Of a DNA stretch of 64,000 bases, positions 16,077 to 24,083 are shown one piece after another. Every line of letters starts with the position of its first letter. The first letter of the stretch is position 1. The notes beneath the pieces were generated by a model, which did not search any database, was not told the origin of the DNA, and worked only from the letters and a program-made list of their open reading frames with translations. The stretch comes from a virus (taxonomy: Duplodnaviria; Heunggongvirae; Uroviricota; Caudoviricetes), in IMG/VR virus record IMGVR_UViG_3300026472_000003, positions 18,851 through 82,850 of that record; one strand, written 5' to 3'. The position numbers were made by a program, and so were the translations under genes.

Positions 16077-16205
16077 ATCCAGCCTCTTAATCTTATTCAA
16101 ACAAACATCATTAAATAACTTTCATAACTACCGGATCGACGGGTTATTTTTAAGTTGATTCCAGGATTGACAAGTTTATCAGCCTGAAAGTTATTTAATG
16201 ATGAT

Positions 16206-16235
16206 ATTATGCGCCCCAGCAGGGGCGCTTGTCAA
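16206..16235 (-). promoter_or_regulatory. sigma70 promoter with a palindromic spacer, sibling of 12938-12967
   Basis: TTGACA-aGCGCCCCtgctGGGGCG-CATAAT. Confidence 0.7.
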
Positions 16236-16238
16236 TCA

Positions 16239-16478
16239 CTATCTCACAGATATATGTTCACCTTTAACAATAACATAGCAGCAACCTGAATTACTAAAAA
16301 TGTCAATGTAAACACGACGTAAGCGCCCCGCAAAATTAATTTTGTTTTCCGTCGGTAATTTCTTGCCATAACCTGATAATGTTTTTCTTAAACCTTTAAC
16401 CTGCCACCACAAAGGATCATGAATCAGCACGGTTTCAACATCATCAGCCTTGAAATTCCCCACTAATACCGTTGTCAT
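16239..16478 (-). CDS. hypothetical early protein
   Basis: GAGGTTACAAA-ATG. Confidence 0.7.
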   Translation of the reverse strand: MTTVLVGNFKADDVETVLIHDPLWWQVKGLRKTLSGYGKKLPTENKINFAGRLRRVYIDIFSNSGCCYVIVKGEHISVR

Positions 16479-16524
16479 TTTGTAACCTCATTAATTAGTT
16501 TGTGAGAGTATTATATATTATACA

Positions 16525-16935
16525 CTACACATGTAAAGCTATTTGATTATTATTTTTGCGCCAATCAACTGGAATTTTTCGCCCGTTGTGGCCTTGAGCT
16601 TGTGTTGTTCGTGCTGCAAACGGGTAACCGCTACGTGTAAATAATCGTTGTTTACGTTCACCTAAAAGATGTTGAGGAATAGATAACACCGGGTTACTAA
16701 CAGGCGCTTTAATTTCTTTCCCTGGCAATGATACACTGACTTTAACGGCGTTATCATTCTTCCATTGTGCATGTTGTGCGGCTGTCTCAGTCATAGCCTG
16801 GTGTAACTGGTCTGGCATCTCAATAGACCAGCGTTTACCTTTTGGCGCGTCACTTCCATTATCAATAGGTTTTAAACCAGCCAGGCGAGCGGCATCACGG
16901 CAAGCGGTGCGGGTAGGAAAGAAAATGTTTTTCAT
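16525..16935 (-). CDS. hypothetical early protein
   Basis: 136 aa; GAGA upstream. Confidence 0.7.
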   Translation of the reverse strand: MKNIFFPTRTACRDAARLAGLKPIDNGSDAPKGKRWSIEMPDQLHQAMTETAAQHAQWKNDNAVKVSVSLPGKEIKAPVSNPVLSIPQHLLGERKQRLFTRSGYPFAARTTQAQGHNGRKIPVDWRKNNNQIALHV

Positions 16936-17001
16936 GATATGATTCTCAATGTAAATTAAAATTGCTGGATAATGTGGCGGGTTGCCCCGCCGATGTAGCT
17001 A

Positions 17002-17547
17002 TTATTGATCGGATTGTTTTTCGCTGTCAATGTTTATTTTCGATAAAACTTCCACTTTCGATAAAATTTCTTTTACTGCCTCTTTTGCCTGGGTAACGGC
17101 GTCATCAATGGCGCTTTCGTTGAAGACCGTTTGTGCAATGTCTAAGAGTGTTCCCTCATCATCATAAGAATAATCAAATGAGCAACCTATACATTCATCA
17201 TTGAATAAGTCTACCCCTTCCACGCTGGCTGATACCCTAAACCCATAATCTGAGGCGTTTAAATCCCTTTCAAGCGCTTTTGTTGCCGCCTCATAAGCTG
17301 AGGCGCAAGGGTTCGGATCGCCGTTGTCTCTCAGATATCCGGCACGTTCTGCCAAACTAAACTCAGGAATGGCATATTTATAGCCGCCTCTATGATGGGA
17401 TGGATTTTTAATTGTTACCCCGCCTTGATGTTTATCCGTCATGGTGTACATTTCAGAGAATAAAGCGAACTCATTATAACAAACAACACTTACAGAAAAA
17501 TCAATACCATCTTTTGAAAAAGAAAAACTCTCAATAACGTCTGACAT
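17002..17547 (-). CDS. acidic hypothetical early protein
   Basis: GAGGTTACT-ATG; 181 aa. Confidence 0.8.
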   Translation of the reverse strand: MSDVIESFSFSKDGIDFSVSVVCYNEFALFSEMYTMTDKHQGGVTIKNPSHHRGGYKYAIPEFSLAERAGYLRDNGDPNPCASAYEAATKALERDLNASDYGFRVSASVEGVDLFNDECIGCSFDYSYDDEGTLLDIAQTVFNESAIDDAVTQAKEAVKEILSKVEVLSKINIDSEKQSDQ

Positions 17548-17598
17548 AGTAACCTCACATTGTTTGATTAATAAGGCTGTTTCGCCTTGATGTGGTAC

Positions 17599-17627
17599 AT
17601 AGTAAACATCATGCTATGAGGAGTCAA
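17599..17627 (-). promoter_or_regulatory. sigma70 promoter heading the leftward island
   Basis: TTGACT-17-TACTAT; -10 flanked by TGATGT/ACATCA arms. Confidence 0.7.
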
Positions 17628-17730
17628 TACCCCAAAAGAAAAATAATTAAATTCTTTTTCTCTCTGTTATCGCTTGCGCCTGGTGTTGGTTAGTGTATTA
17701 TAGACGGACAAACAAAGGGGAGTTAATAGC

Positions 17731-17943
17731 ATGACAATTAAAAAGCCGTACAAATCAGGCGGGGCTTTGGTGACGGACGGTAACGGAAACATTTTGCGAT
17801 TCACTAAAGCGCAAGTAATGAAAAGAGTGAAGGCAGTTCAAAAGAGATTAGGCCTACAATCACATATCAATTTTTACAATGTGAGTGATTGCGGGGAGTA
17901 TTGGACGGCGCAAGCTGGCGTAATAAGTAAACCATTTAATTAA
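17731..17943 (+). CDS. hypothetical protein
   Basis: GGGGAG RBS; divergent from the leftward island; TTGCGC-16-TATTAT at 17674-17701. Confidence 0.7.
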   Translation: MTIKKPYKSGGALVTDGNGNILRFTKAQVMKRVKAVQKRLGLQSHINFYNVSDCGEYWTAQAGVISKPFN

Positions 17944-17953
17944 TAGGTGCATC

Positions 17954-18229
17954 ATGACTAATACAGAATTATTAATGAAGGCGCTAGGTTGGCAAGGTGG
18001 GACGGTTCACCAGGTGGCCCAGGCTACGGGGTTAACAGTCACTGAGATTTTAGATCTTGATACATTTCAAAATCTATGCCACAACACGCCGCGCCGACAA
18101 GGCCGCATTGATGCGGATGAAAAATGTGTTAAGGCTGTCTACCTGGTGAGAAAAGAACAGTTTGCAGAAAAAGCAACATTGATATCATACTGGTTCGGCG
18201 TTGTGGATTATCTGAGAGAATTAGAATAA
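17954..18229 (+). CDS. hypothetical protein, possible HTH at the N-terminus
   Basis: AGGT RBS; GTVHQVAQATGLTVTEIL resembles an HTH. Confidence 0.65.
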   Translation: MTNTELLMKALGWQGGTVHQVAQATGLTVTEILDLDTFQNLCHNTPRRQGRIDADEKCVKAVYLVRKEQFAEKATLISYWFGVVDYLRELE

Positions 18230-18234
18230 AAATA

Positions 18235-18264
18235 TTGACGCCCCGTGTAATGCGGGGCTATACT
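18235..18264 (+). promoter_or_regulatory. sigma70 promoter with a palindromic spacer
   Basis: TTGACG-18-TATACT; GCCCCG-tgtaatg-CGGGGC. Confidence 0.6.
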
Positions 18265-18385
18265 ATTCAGACAAAGACAGACAAGCCCACCAGCGGCGAT
18301 AAACCTGGCTAGCATAGCGAAAGCATGTAAGGTGGATCGCCGGTAGTTCGCCTTGAATTTGTTTTGTAAAGATTGAAAATAACTA

Positions 18386-18414
18386 TTGACCTGGCAGACA
18401 GGATCACCGATAAT
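18386..18414 (+). promoter_or_regulatory. sigma70 promoter for the 18447 ORF
   Basis: TTGACC-17-GATAAT. Confidence 0.6.
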
Positions 18415-18446
18415 AACCACATGGCGCAGGGTAACGGGAGTAAACA

Positions 18447-18911
18447 GTGGGAAATAAAAAAGATGTCCGCCGGAAATGGCAGACTAAAAAGGACGATGCA
18501 AAGAAAAGAGGTATTCCATGTTCTCTCACACTTGAGGAATATAAAAAATTGATGCAAGATGCAGGGATAACCCTTGATCAGATAGGGAGTAAGAAAGGCC
18601 AGTTTGGTCTGGCAAGGTTCGGGGATATTGGCGGGTATTCTCTCAACAATTGCAGGTTTATAACAACCTCAGAGAATCAGAGAGAAGCATCAAAGACAAA
18701 ACCAAAAAACGGTTTACCGTTAGGTGGTGGATCTTATGAGTCTGTCAAAGGCTGCAATCATTACAAAGATAGAGGGTTGATTGTTACCCCGTGGGGGATT
18801 TTCGACACCATTAGATTGGCGGCGCTTGCCCCTGGTTGTACATGTAGCGCCGCAACAATACATAGAAGAATAAAAAATAATATACCTGGATTTTTCTACT
18901 CCTCCTATTGA
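18447..18911 (+). CDS. HNH-like endonuclease with a C-terminal NUMOD/IENR-type HTH
   Basis: AKKRGIPCSLT...GGYSLNNCRFITTSENQRE; C-terminal FDTIRLAAL...ATIHRRIK. Confidence 0.6.
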   Translation: MGNKKDVRRKWQTKKDDAKKRGIPCSLTLEEYKKLMQDAGITLDQIGSKKGQFGLARFGDIGGYSLNNCRFITTSENQREASKTKPKNGLPLGGGSYESVKGCNHYKDRGLIVTPWGIFDTIRLAALAPGCTCSAATIHRRIKNNIPGFFYSSY

Positions 18912-18936
18912 CAGGAGGGATGGGATAAGGGATAAT
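18908..18936 (+). promoter_or_regulatory. sigma70 promoter pointing into the non-coding repeat cluster
   Basis: TTGACA-17-GATAAT; -35 lies between CCTCCT and AGGAGG arms. Confidence 0.7.
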
Positions 18937-19092
18937 GTCATTCAGCGGGAACATTGAAACCGGAGTACAAGACACCGCCCCTGCCTGCTATTCTTGGGAT
19001 GAAAAAATAAATTTTGGAAAATCATTTTGCATGGATTGAGGTTCACCCTTTCTCAAAAAATTTTTCTGTATAGAAAATTCGGGGCCGGATTT

Positions 19093-19511
19093 GAAAAACC
19101 TATCGAGACCCTCAGGCTTTTGAAAAAGCTATCGAGACCTGACCTGAGACAAAATGAAAAAGCTATCGAGACCCAGGTTTTCTGTATCGAGATCATTTTC
19201 TACTGCTGGTGGTTTGTTTCCATCTTAATTGAAAAAGCTATCGAGACCCAACAACATTTCTTTACTGGTGCTTTTTGAGATAAGGCTTCATTACCTTTTG
19301 AGATAAGAGTCGGACACAGGTAAGGATATGCTGGCTTGAATCAGCGAGTTAAACAGTTTGTTTTGAGATAACAAGTAAGGGAGTTTGATTTATCATTACG
19401 TCATGAAATAGAAATCCCTCTGAGTCCTGAGGGATATCCTGTTTAAAATGTGGATTAGGATTTGAGTTATAACCTATCGAGAAATATCTGCACAAATATC
19501 TGTATAAATAT
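19093..19511. repeat. iteron-like direct repeat cluster (three families)
   Basis: GAAAAA(G/C)CTATCGAGACC at 19093, 19122, 19156, 19231 (partials 19183, 19471); TTTTGAGATAA at 19273, 19296, 19361; AAATATCTG(C/T)A tandem at 19482-19511. Confidence 0.85.
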
Positions 19512-19518
19512 CATAGAC

Positions 19519-20340
19519 TTAGCTCTTCATTGAAAGTATCTCACTCCTGACCTGAGAAATATCCCATACCTTCTCTGTCGCCATAGTGTATACTGCCTGC
19601 TCTTTAGGTGTTGGGTTGAGCCAGTCATTAAAATATGTCCCGAAGTCTCTCCAGTCATGCATCTGTCCCACACCGTTGACAAATATGGTGAAGTGTTCTT
19701 TACTTGCCACAAGAGTACGACCACCCAACCAGAATGTGATCCCCTGGTTGTCATACTTCAACCAATCCCCTCTGCCAAAGACAAGCCGATGGGCTGCGGA
19801 CTTATCCTCCAACACATCCATAAAAACTGAACGTCCATCAAGGAACTGTTTTACTCTCTCAATAACAACACTAGGCCACAGGTGATTGGTCATCATGGTG
19901 TAGAGAGATGTGGATTGGTTAGTAAAGACCCCGTCCAGTTCTGACTTGATGTCAATAATCTTGTCAAGTAGGCTGTTAGTGATACTTTTATCAAGACTCG
20001 ATGTGGAGATTAGTTCCTCAAGTTTATTGACCTGGGCAAACGCAGCCAGGCCAGAGTTCCCCATGTCCTCGACCATTCCTCGGATAGCCGCGCTCTGTTT
20101 GGTGTAGTCCTCTATGTCCTTCGGGATATCCGTGCTGAAATGATCCAAGCTGCGGGTCGCATCGTTCACCTTACTCTCAATCTCTTCCCGAGTATCGTCT
20201 GCAAAATCAATCCTGCGGAGGTCGTAGCAAACATCTTTAACTTTCTCTTTTATAATCCCTTCAAGGTCAGGTTCGTCCTCAATAAACTGCGCCTTGGTAA
20301 CCGACCACTGAACAATGCCGTGAGTATGGAATATGTCCAT
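19519..20340 (-). CDS. hypothetical protein, coiled-coil N-terminal half
   Basis: 273 aa; GAGGGA RBS. Confidence 0.75.
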   Translation of the reverse strand: MDIFHTHGIVQWSVTKAQFIEDEPDLEGIIKEKVKDVCYDLRRIDFADDTREEIESKVNDATRSLDHFSTDIPKDIEDYTKQSAAIRGMVEDMGNSGLAAFAQVNKLEELISTSSLDKSITNSLLDKIIDIKSELDGVFTNQSTSLYTMMTNHLWPSVVIERVKQFLDGRSVFMDVLEDKSAAHRLVFGRGDWLKYDNQGITFWLGGRTLVASKEHFTIFVNGVGQMHDWRDFGTYFNDWLNPTPKEQAVYTMATEKVWDISQVRSEILSMKS

Positions 20341-20471
20341 ATTTTGTACATCCCTCTAAAACGAGCTGTATCGCTCTATGCTGCGTTTTGTACATAAGTA
20401 ATACATTCGCCTAGGTACACCCCAGAAATGCCAACAGAGGCCGTTTTAGAGGCCTCTTATTTGATTGTGGA

Positions 20472-20633
20472 TTACTTAGTTCGGTCAGGCATGGTGTATC
20501 TCATGTATGCCATGTTCCGTTTGTGTTTCAAGTCCCAAGTGAAAGGCAGGTCGCCCAGCACATACCAGGACGCTACGTGGGCATATTCCCACATCTTCCA
20601 CAGCGCTTTATCTTTCTTTCGTTGCCAAGACAT
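20472..20633 (-). CDS. small Trp-rich protein (53 aa, not in the ORF track)
   Basis: AGGAG RBS; MSWQRKKDKALWKMWEYAHVASWYVLGDLPFTWDLKHKRNMAYMRYTMPDRTK. Confidence 0.55.
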   Translation of the reverse strand: MSWQRKKDKALWKMWEYAHVASWYVLGDLPFTWDLKHKRNMAYMRYTMPDRTK

Positions 20634-20641
20634 TTCTTCTC

Positions 20642-20833
20642 CTAATGCACCTGCTCTGTTGTTATGACGACCGCGTCGTCAACCCCGACATCAAGGTCAT
20701 GAACTATCCTCACCACCTTGAAAAGCCGATGCTGGCAACGTATGTGCTCACCCATGCGGGGGAGTTGATACGTTGCAGATGTTGACCAAGCCTTCAATAC
20801 ACCATGGTATCGGTCTTCGATTTTTACAAACAT
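20642..20833 (-). CDS. hypothetical protein
   Basis: GAGGGG RBS. Confidence 0.65.
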   Translation of the reverse strand: MFVKIEDRYHGVLKAWSTSATYQLPRMGEHIRCQHRLFKVVRIVHDLDVGVDDAVVITTEQVH

Positions 20834-20841
20834 GACCCCTC

Positions 20842-21150
20842 CTATGGGACTCTGGTTGTCATTCCCGCAGGAAGGTCAATAACCATACCTGGGGAAATGA
20901 TATTTGGATTATGAATAACTGAGCGGTTCAGGTCGGCTACCTTGGGCCACAAGTCGCCATCACCAAGGAATCTTTTTGCAATTGAATACAAGGTATCACC
21001 TGAGCGTACCTCATACTGCAACTTGAAGTCAAACTTTATCTCCGATGGTTTGGTTATGTCATCCAAGATCTGAGCCTTAATGTCTTCTTGGGAGGAACCA
21101 AGGTAAGTCCTTCCCTTGTATGTTGCCTTGATGAGAGGGGACTTACTCAT
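20842..21150 (-). CDS. LysM domain protein
   Basis: YEVRSGDTLYSIAKRF...LN...NPNIISPGMVIDLP. Confidence 0.85.
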   Translation of the reverse strand: MSKSPLIKATYKGRTYLGSSQEDIKAQILDDITKPSEIKFDFKLQYEVRSGDTLYSIAKRFLGDGDLWPKVADLNRSVIHNPNIISPGMVIDLPAGMTTRVP

Positions 21151-21539
21151 AGTTCTTCCTCTGGGATGTTACCACTTAAACAGTGATAGCATTGGTCATA
21201 AAGATCGTTGAGGAACTCCTCACAGTGTGTGGAAGTTATGTCAACACCATATTCATTTGCCTGAGAGATAAAGCTCTCCTTGAGTATTCCATAAACCTCA
21301 TCAGGATGCAATCTCTTTTTGGCATGAACTGCTGCGATCCGTTCAGCTCGGCTACGGGGTTCTTCCAGCTCCGCGACCAAATCGACATGAGGGACACCTT
21401 GCTTCCATTGGCTGTTAACAAAGATACCCGACCCTTCTTGTTTCTCGGCTACCTCTAAGTGATATCCTAGCATTGCGGATCGAGCAACAACGTACAAGCC
21501 TGGTTTTGTTTTTTCATCGTTATCTTGCCACTTTATCAT
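21147..21539 (-). CDS. hypothetical protein
   Basis: overlapping start/stop junctions on both sides. Confidence 0.7.
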   Translation of the reverse strand: MIKWQDNDEKTKPGLYVVARSAMLGYHLEVAEKQEGSGIFVNSQWKQGVPHVDLVAELEEPRSRAERIAAVHAKKRLHPDEVYGILKESFISQANEYGVDITSTHCEEFLNDLYDQCYHCLSGNIPEEEL

Positions 21540-21835
21540 TACGATTCTCCTTTCATAGCCTCGTCAATCTGACTGCGAAGCGTTGTGTGATAAGGCTCAT
21601 GGTCATCACTATCGCACTGTGCATGAAACTTATAATGACTACCGTAAACCATCGGGTCACGGACTTCAACTGCTTTGGAGCACAACCAATCCAACCGCTC
21701 TTTATCACCGTTAACCAGCGACTCCAGAGCAATCCGAGCCACCTCTCGAACATTAGCACTGTACTCTGAGGTGTCTTTCCGGTCAATCATGTGACGGGCA
21801 GTTTTGATCAGGATGTCTTTCTTATCTTCTGTCAT
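21539..21835 (-). CDS. hypothetical protein
   Basis: GAGGAGG RBS; ATGA overlap. Confidence 0.7.
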   Translation of the reverse strand: MTEDKKDILIKTARHMIDRKDTSEYSANVREVARIALESLVNGDKERLDWLCSKAVEVRDPMVYGSHYKFHAQCDSDDHEPYHTTLRSQIDEAMKGES

Positions 21836-21975
21836 GAATCCTCCTCATCTTCCAAATCCACAGGCTGGTCACAGTGAGGGCAATAGCCATCAGCCTCTTG
21901 CAACGACCCAGTAGTAAACATCTTACGACATGACCAACAGCGAACATTCTGTTGTGAATCAACTATCTTATTCAT
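21832..21975 (-). CDS. zinc-ribbon microprotein (47 aa, not in the ORF track)
   Basis: MNKIVDSQQNVRCWSCRK...YCPHCDQPVDLEDEEDS; ATGA overlaps at both ends. Confidence 0.65.
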   Translation of the reverse strand: MNKIVDSQQNVRCWSCRKMFTTGSLQEADGYCPHCDQPVDLEDEEDS

Positions 21976-22370
21976 AGCGTCACCTTTGCACGTTTTCGTG
22001 CCTCTGTTACCATAGCCTTGACCTCTTCTTGGCGATCAGACCGTTTAATCCCCAGAATCATGCCTTCCAACTGCTCTTTCATTGGGATCAGTACAGGCAT
22101 ATCATCAATCCAGATGTCGGGTATCCATCCATAAAGGGCTGTTACTTGGGCTTTCTGGAAATAATTACAGAAAATGATTTCAATACCCAACTCTTCGGCT
22201 GCGGCCTGAATGTCCTCGTTGTTGCCACTCTTCTCATAACGATAGGTGACAAATTTAACCTCAGACTGTTCAGACTTCATGACTTCGACAATCTTTTTCC
22301 ACATCTCAGGGTGTGCGGTGTAAGTCTCATCGTAGTCAAGGGCAATCTTTAGTCCGCTCCATGGTTTCAT
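21972..22370 (-). CDS. HAD-superfamily hydrolase (capless, small)
   Basis: IALDYDETY (DxDxT) and IWIDD motif IV; start moved to the ATGA overlap at 22370. Confidence 0.7.
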   Translation of the reverse strand: MKPWSGLKIALDYDETYTAHPEMWKKIVEVMKSEQSEVKFVTYRYEKSGNNEDIQAAAEELGIEIIFCNYFQKAQVTALYGWIPDIWIDDMPVLIPMKEQLEGMILGIKRSDRQEEVKAMVTEARKRAKVTL

Positions 22371-22693
22371 TGGTACGTTTCCTTCAAGCCATCCCATTTG
22401 TCGCACTTGTGATCAACATATTTTTCTATTTGTCTTTTAAGCATAGCCAAGTTAATCGCGCCTTTATTAATTCCCTGTCGGTCAAGTGCCTCCACCTCCA
22501 TCATGTAAACCAAATCCACGGCGCTGTTGAGAACATCAGCTATCTCTGCAATTGGAGGTTCAGTGCAGCGGTGCGGTCTATTCAAAGACCTCGCTAGTTC
22601 ACCAACCTCTTCCACCAAGATTTTGAAGACTGAATCTACAGTACGGGGCGGGGCCTGAACACTTGACTGTAAAACGCGGTCGATTATTTCCAT
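22367..22693 (-). CDS. mazG: MazG-like nucleotide pyrophosphohydrolase
   Basis: KILVEEVGELA...AEIADVL (EExxE...ExxD). Confidence 0.75.
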   Translation of the reverse strand: MEIIDRVLQSSVQAPPRTVDSVFKILVEEVGELARSLNRPHRCTEPPIAEIADVLNSAVDLVYMMEVEALDRQGINKGAINLAMLKRQIEKYVDHKCDKWDGLKETYQ

Positions 22694-23301
22694 TAGTTCT
22701 CCTGGGTTTTTGTTTCTTTTTCGGTAGCTGGTGCCGCAGCGGCGTCCAACTCTGTACTATACTTCTTGATAGCCTTGTTTAAGAAGTCGATTGAGTTACC
22801 TGCCAGCTCACGCACTTCGGGGGTCTCCGAGACCGTCTGCCCAACATAAGCAGCTAACATTTTGTACGCTGTGTCTTTGGTGGGCATAAAGTTTGCATAT
22901 CCAATCCCCAGAGCGGAAACCAAGCAGACCCAAAAAACAAGCCTGCGGAAAGGTTTTAGGATATCCCCTTTCCCTGGATCTGGCGCAACTACTTGGCTGA
23001 TAGCTGAGAATTTTAACCAAGTGGAATCTGCCCCGTTGGGATAAGTGACTTTCATGGTTGCATCACTGTTATCAACGTTCAGGATAACCAGATTATCCCC
23101 CGTCTTAAACGTTTTGAAGTCTTTGGTCAGAGTCATTACTTTGCCAACATAAAAGTTATGTACCCCAATACCAAAGGAAATCTTAGCTACAGCAAGAGCG
23201 ATGTAGCCACACATACCGAAGAATAAGAAGAAACCCCAACCACCATAGCGCCCATCGGTGCTAAGAACATCAATTGCGTAAATTAAAAAGGCCCAAGACA
23301 T
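22693..23301 (-). CDS. membrane protein
   Basis: two or three hydrophobic segments; GAGGAG RBS. Confidence 0.7.
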   Translation of the reverse strand: MSWAFLIYAIDVLSTDGRYGGWGFFLFFGMCGYIALAVAKISFGIGVHNFYVGKVMTLTKDFKTFKTGDNLVILNVDNSDATMKVTYPNGADSTWLKFSAISQVVAPDPGKGDILKPFRRLVFWVCLVSALGIGYANFMPTKDTAYKMLAAYVGQTVSETPEVRELAGNSIDFLNKAIKKYSTELDAAAAPATEKETKTQEN

Positions 23302-23328
23302 AGTTATCTCCTCGTGAGATTGTTTTTG

Positions 23329-23574
23329 TTAAAATGGTAAGGATAAGAAATCGAAGTCTGATTGGAAAAGGACAACATCCTTCCCGTCAACCTTCAAATC
23401 CGTGATGTACATACGGTTAAACCGTTTTGGGCCAGGCCCTCTGTAGATACCTTCATCCACAATATTAAAGCTCTCAGCGTTGTTCAGAGCCTCAGCAGCG
23501 GCTATACCCCTGTCACCTAGCGCTGTGCCTGCGGCTAACATGGCGGCTTTATCTTCCACAAAGAATTTAGGCAT
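23329..23574 (-). CDS. hypothetical protein
   Basis: AAGGAG RBS. Confidence 0.7.
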   Translation of the reverse strand: MPKFFVEDKAAMLAAGTALGDRGIAAAEALNNAESFNIVDEGIYRGPGPKRFNRMYITDLKVDGKDVVLFQSDFDFLSLPF

Positions 23575-23884
23575 CCGCTACTCCTTTAGAGGCTTTTCGT
23601 GCTGATTCTTCTTTCCGGTATTGTCTTGCGTAAGCCTGTCTCATTTTCCAAATCTCCATTGGTTGTGTTTCATACTCCCAGTACCGCTTCCGCTTACGCC
23701 ACCATTTGTAGACAAGGTGGGTCTCTCCGTTGTCGTGGAATTGAGTCACGAAGTGGAGCAAACGACCGAACGGGCCATTCTCTTTGAATTTTTTGTTAAT
23801 CATCGTCGCGGCCTCCTCAGCCTCTGTCATCGACTTCGTCAGTTTGGCACATTTTTCTACCGCGCTGTCGCTTGCTTTCCACAC
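23567..23884 (-). CDS. basic hypothetical protein
   Basis: follows the promoter at 23905-23933. Confidence 0.65.
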   Translation of the reverse strand: MWKASDSAVEKCAKLTKSMTEAEEAATMINKKFKENGPFGRLLHFVTQFHDNGETHLVYKWWRKRKRYWEYETQPMEIWKMRQAYARQYRKEESARKASKGVADA

Positions 23885-23904
23885 ATTGAAAATCTGATAT
23901 CCTG

Positions 23905-23933
23905 ATACTACGCTCCGCTGGCTGACCTGTCAA
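23905..23933 (-). promoter_or_regulatory. sigma70 promoter
   Basis: TTGACA-17-TAGTAT. Confidence 0.75.
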
Positions 23934-23970
23934 CCAGAAAACTAACAAAAAGAAAAATCAAACACCCTAT

Positions 23971-24080
23971 AAGATCTTTTAAAGATCTTTAGTGTTTAAG
24001 GTTTTAGATCTTTATTATCTTTCTTTATTATATCGTAGGTCACCCATGACCTGGGTAGTCCGGTCACCCATGACCTGGGT
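23971..24080. repeat. origin-like element: three AGATCTTT in an AT-rich tract plus two 19-bp direct repeats
   Basis: AGATCTTT at 23972, 23983, 24006; GGTCACCCATGACCTGGGT at 24038 and 24062. Confidence 0.8.
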
Positions 24081-24083
24081 TGG

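Noticed and set aside
19027-19278. 83-aa ORF across the repeats
   Set aside because: TTG start with no RBS; its EKAIET repeats simply mirror the DNA repeats
19093-19371. Repeat cluster as a CRISPR or mini-CRISPR array
   Set aside because: Repeats are 18-19 bp with irregular start-to-start spacing (29, 34, 75), leaving gaps too short or uneven for spacers; no cas gene is present
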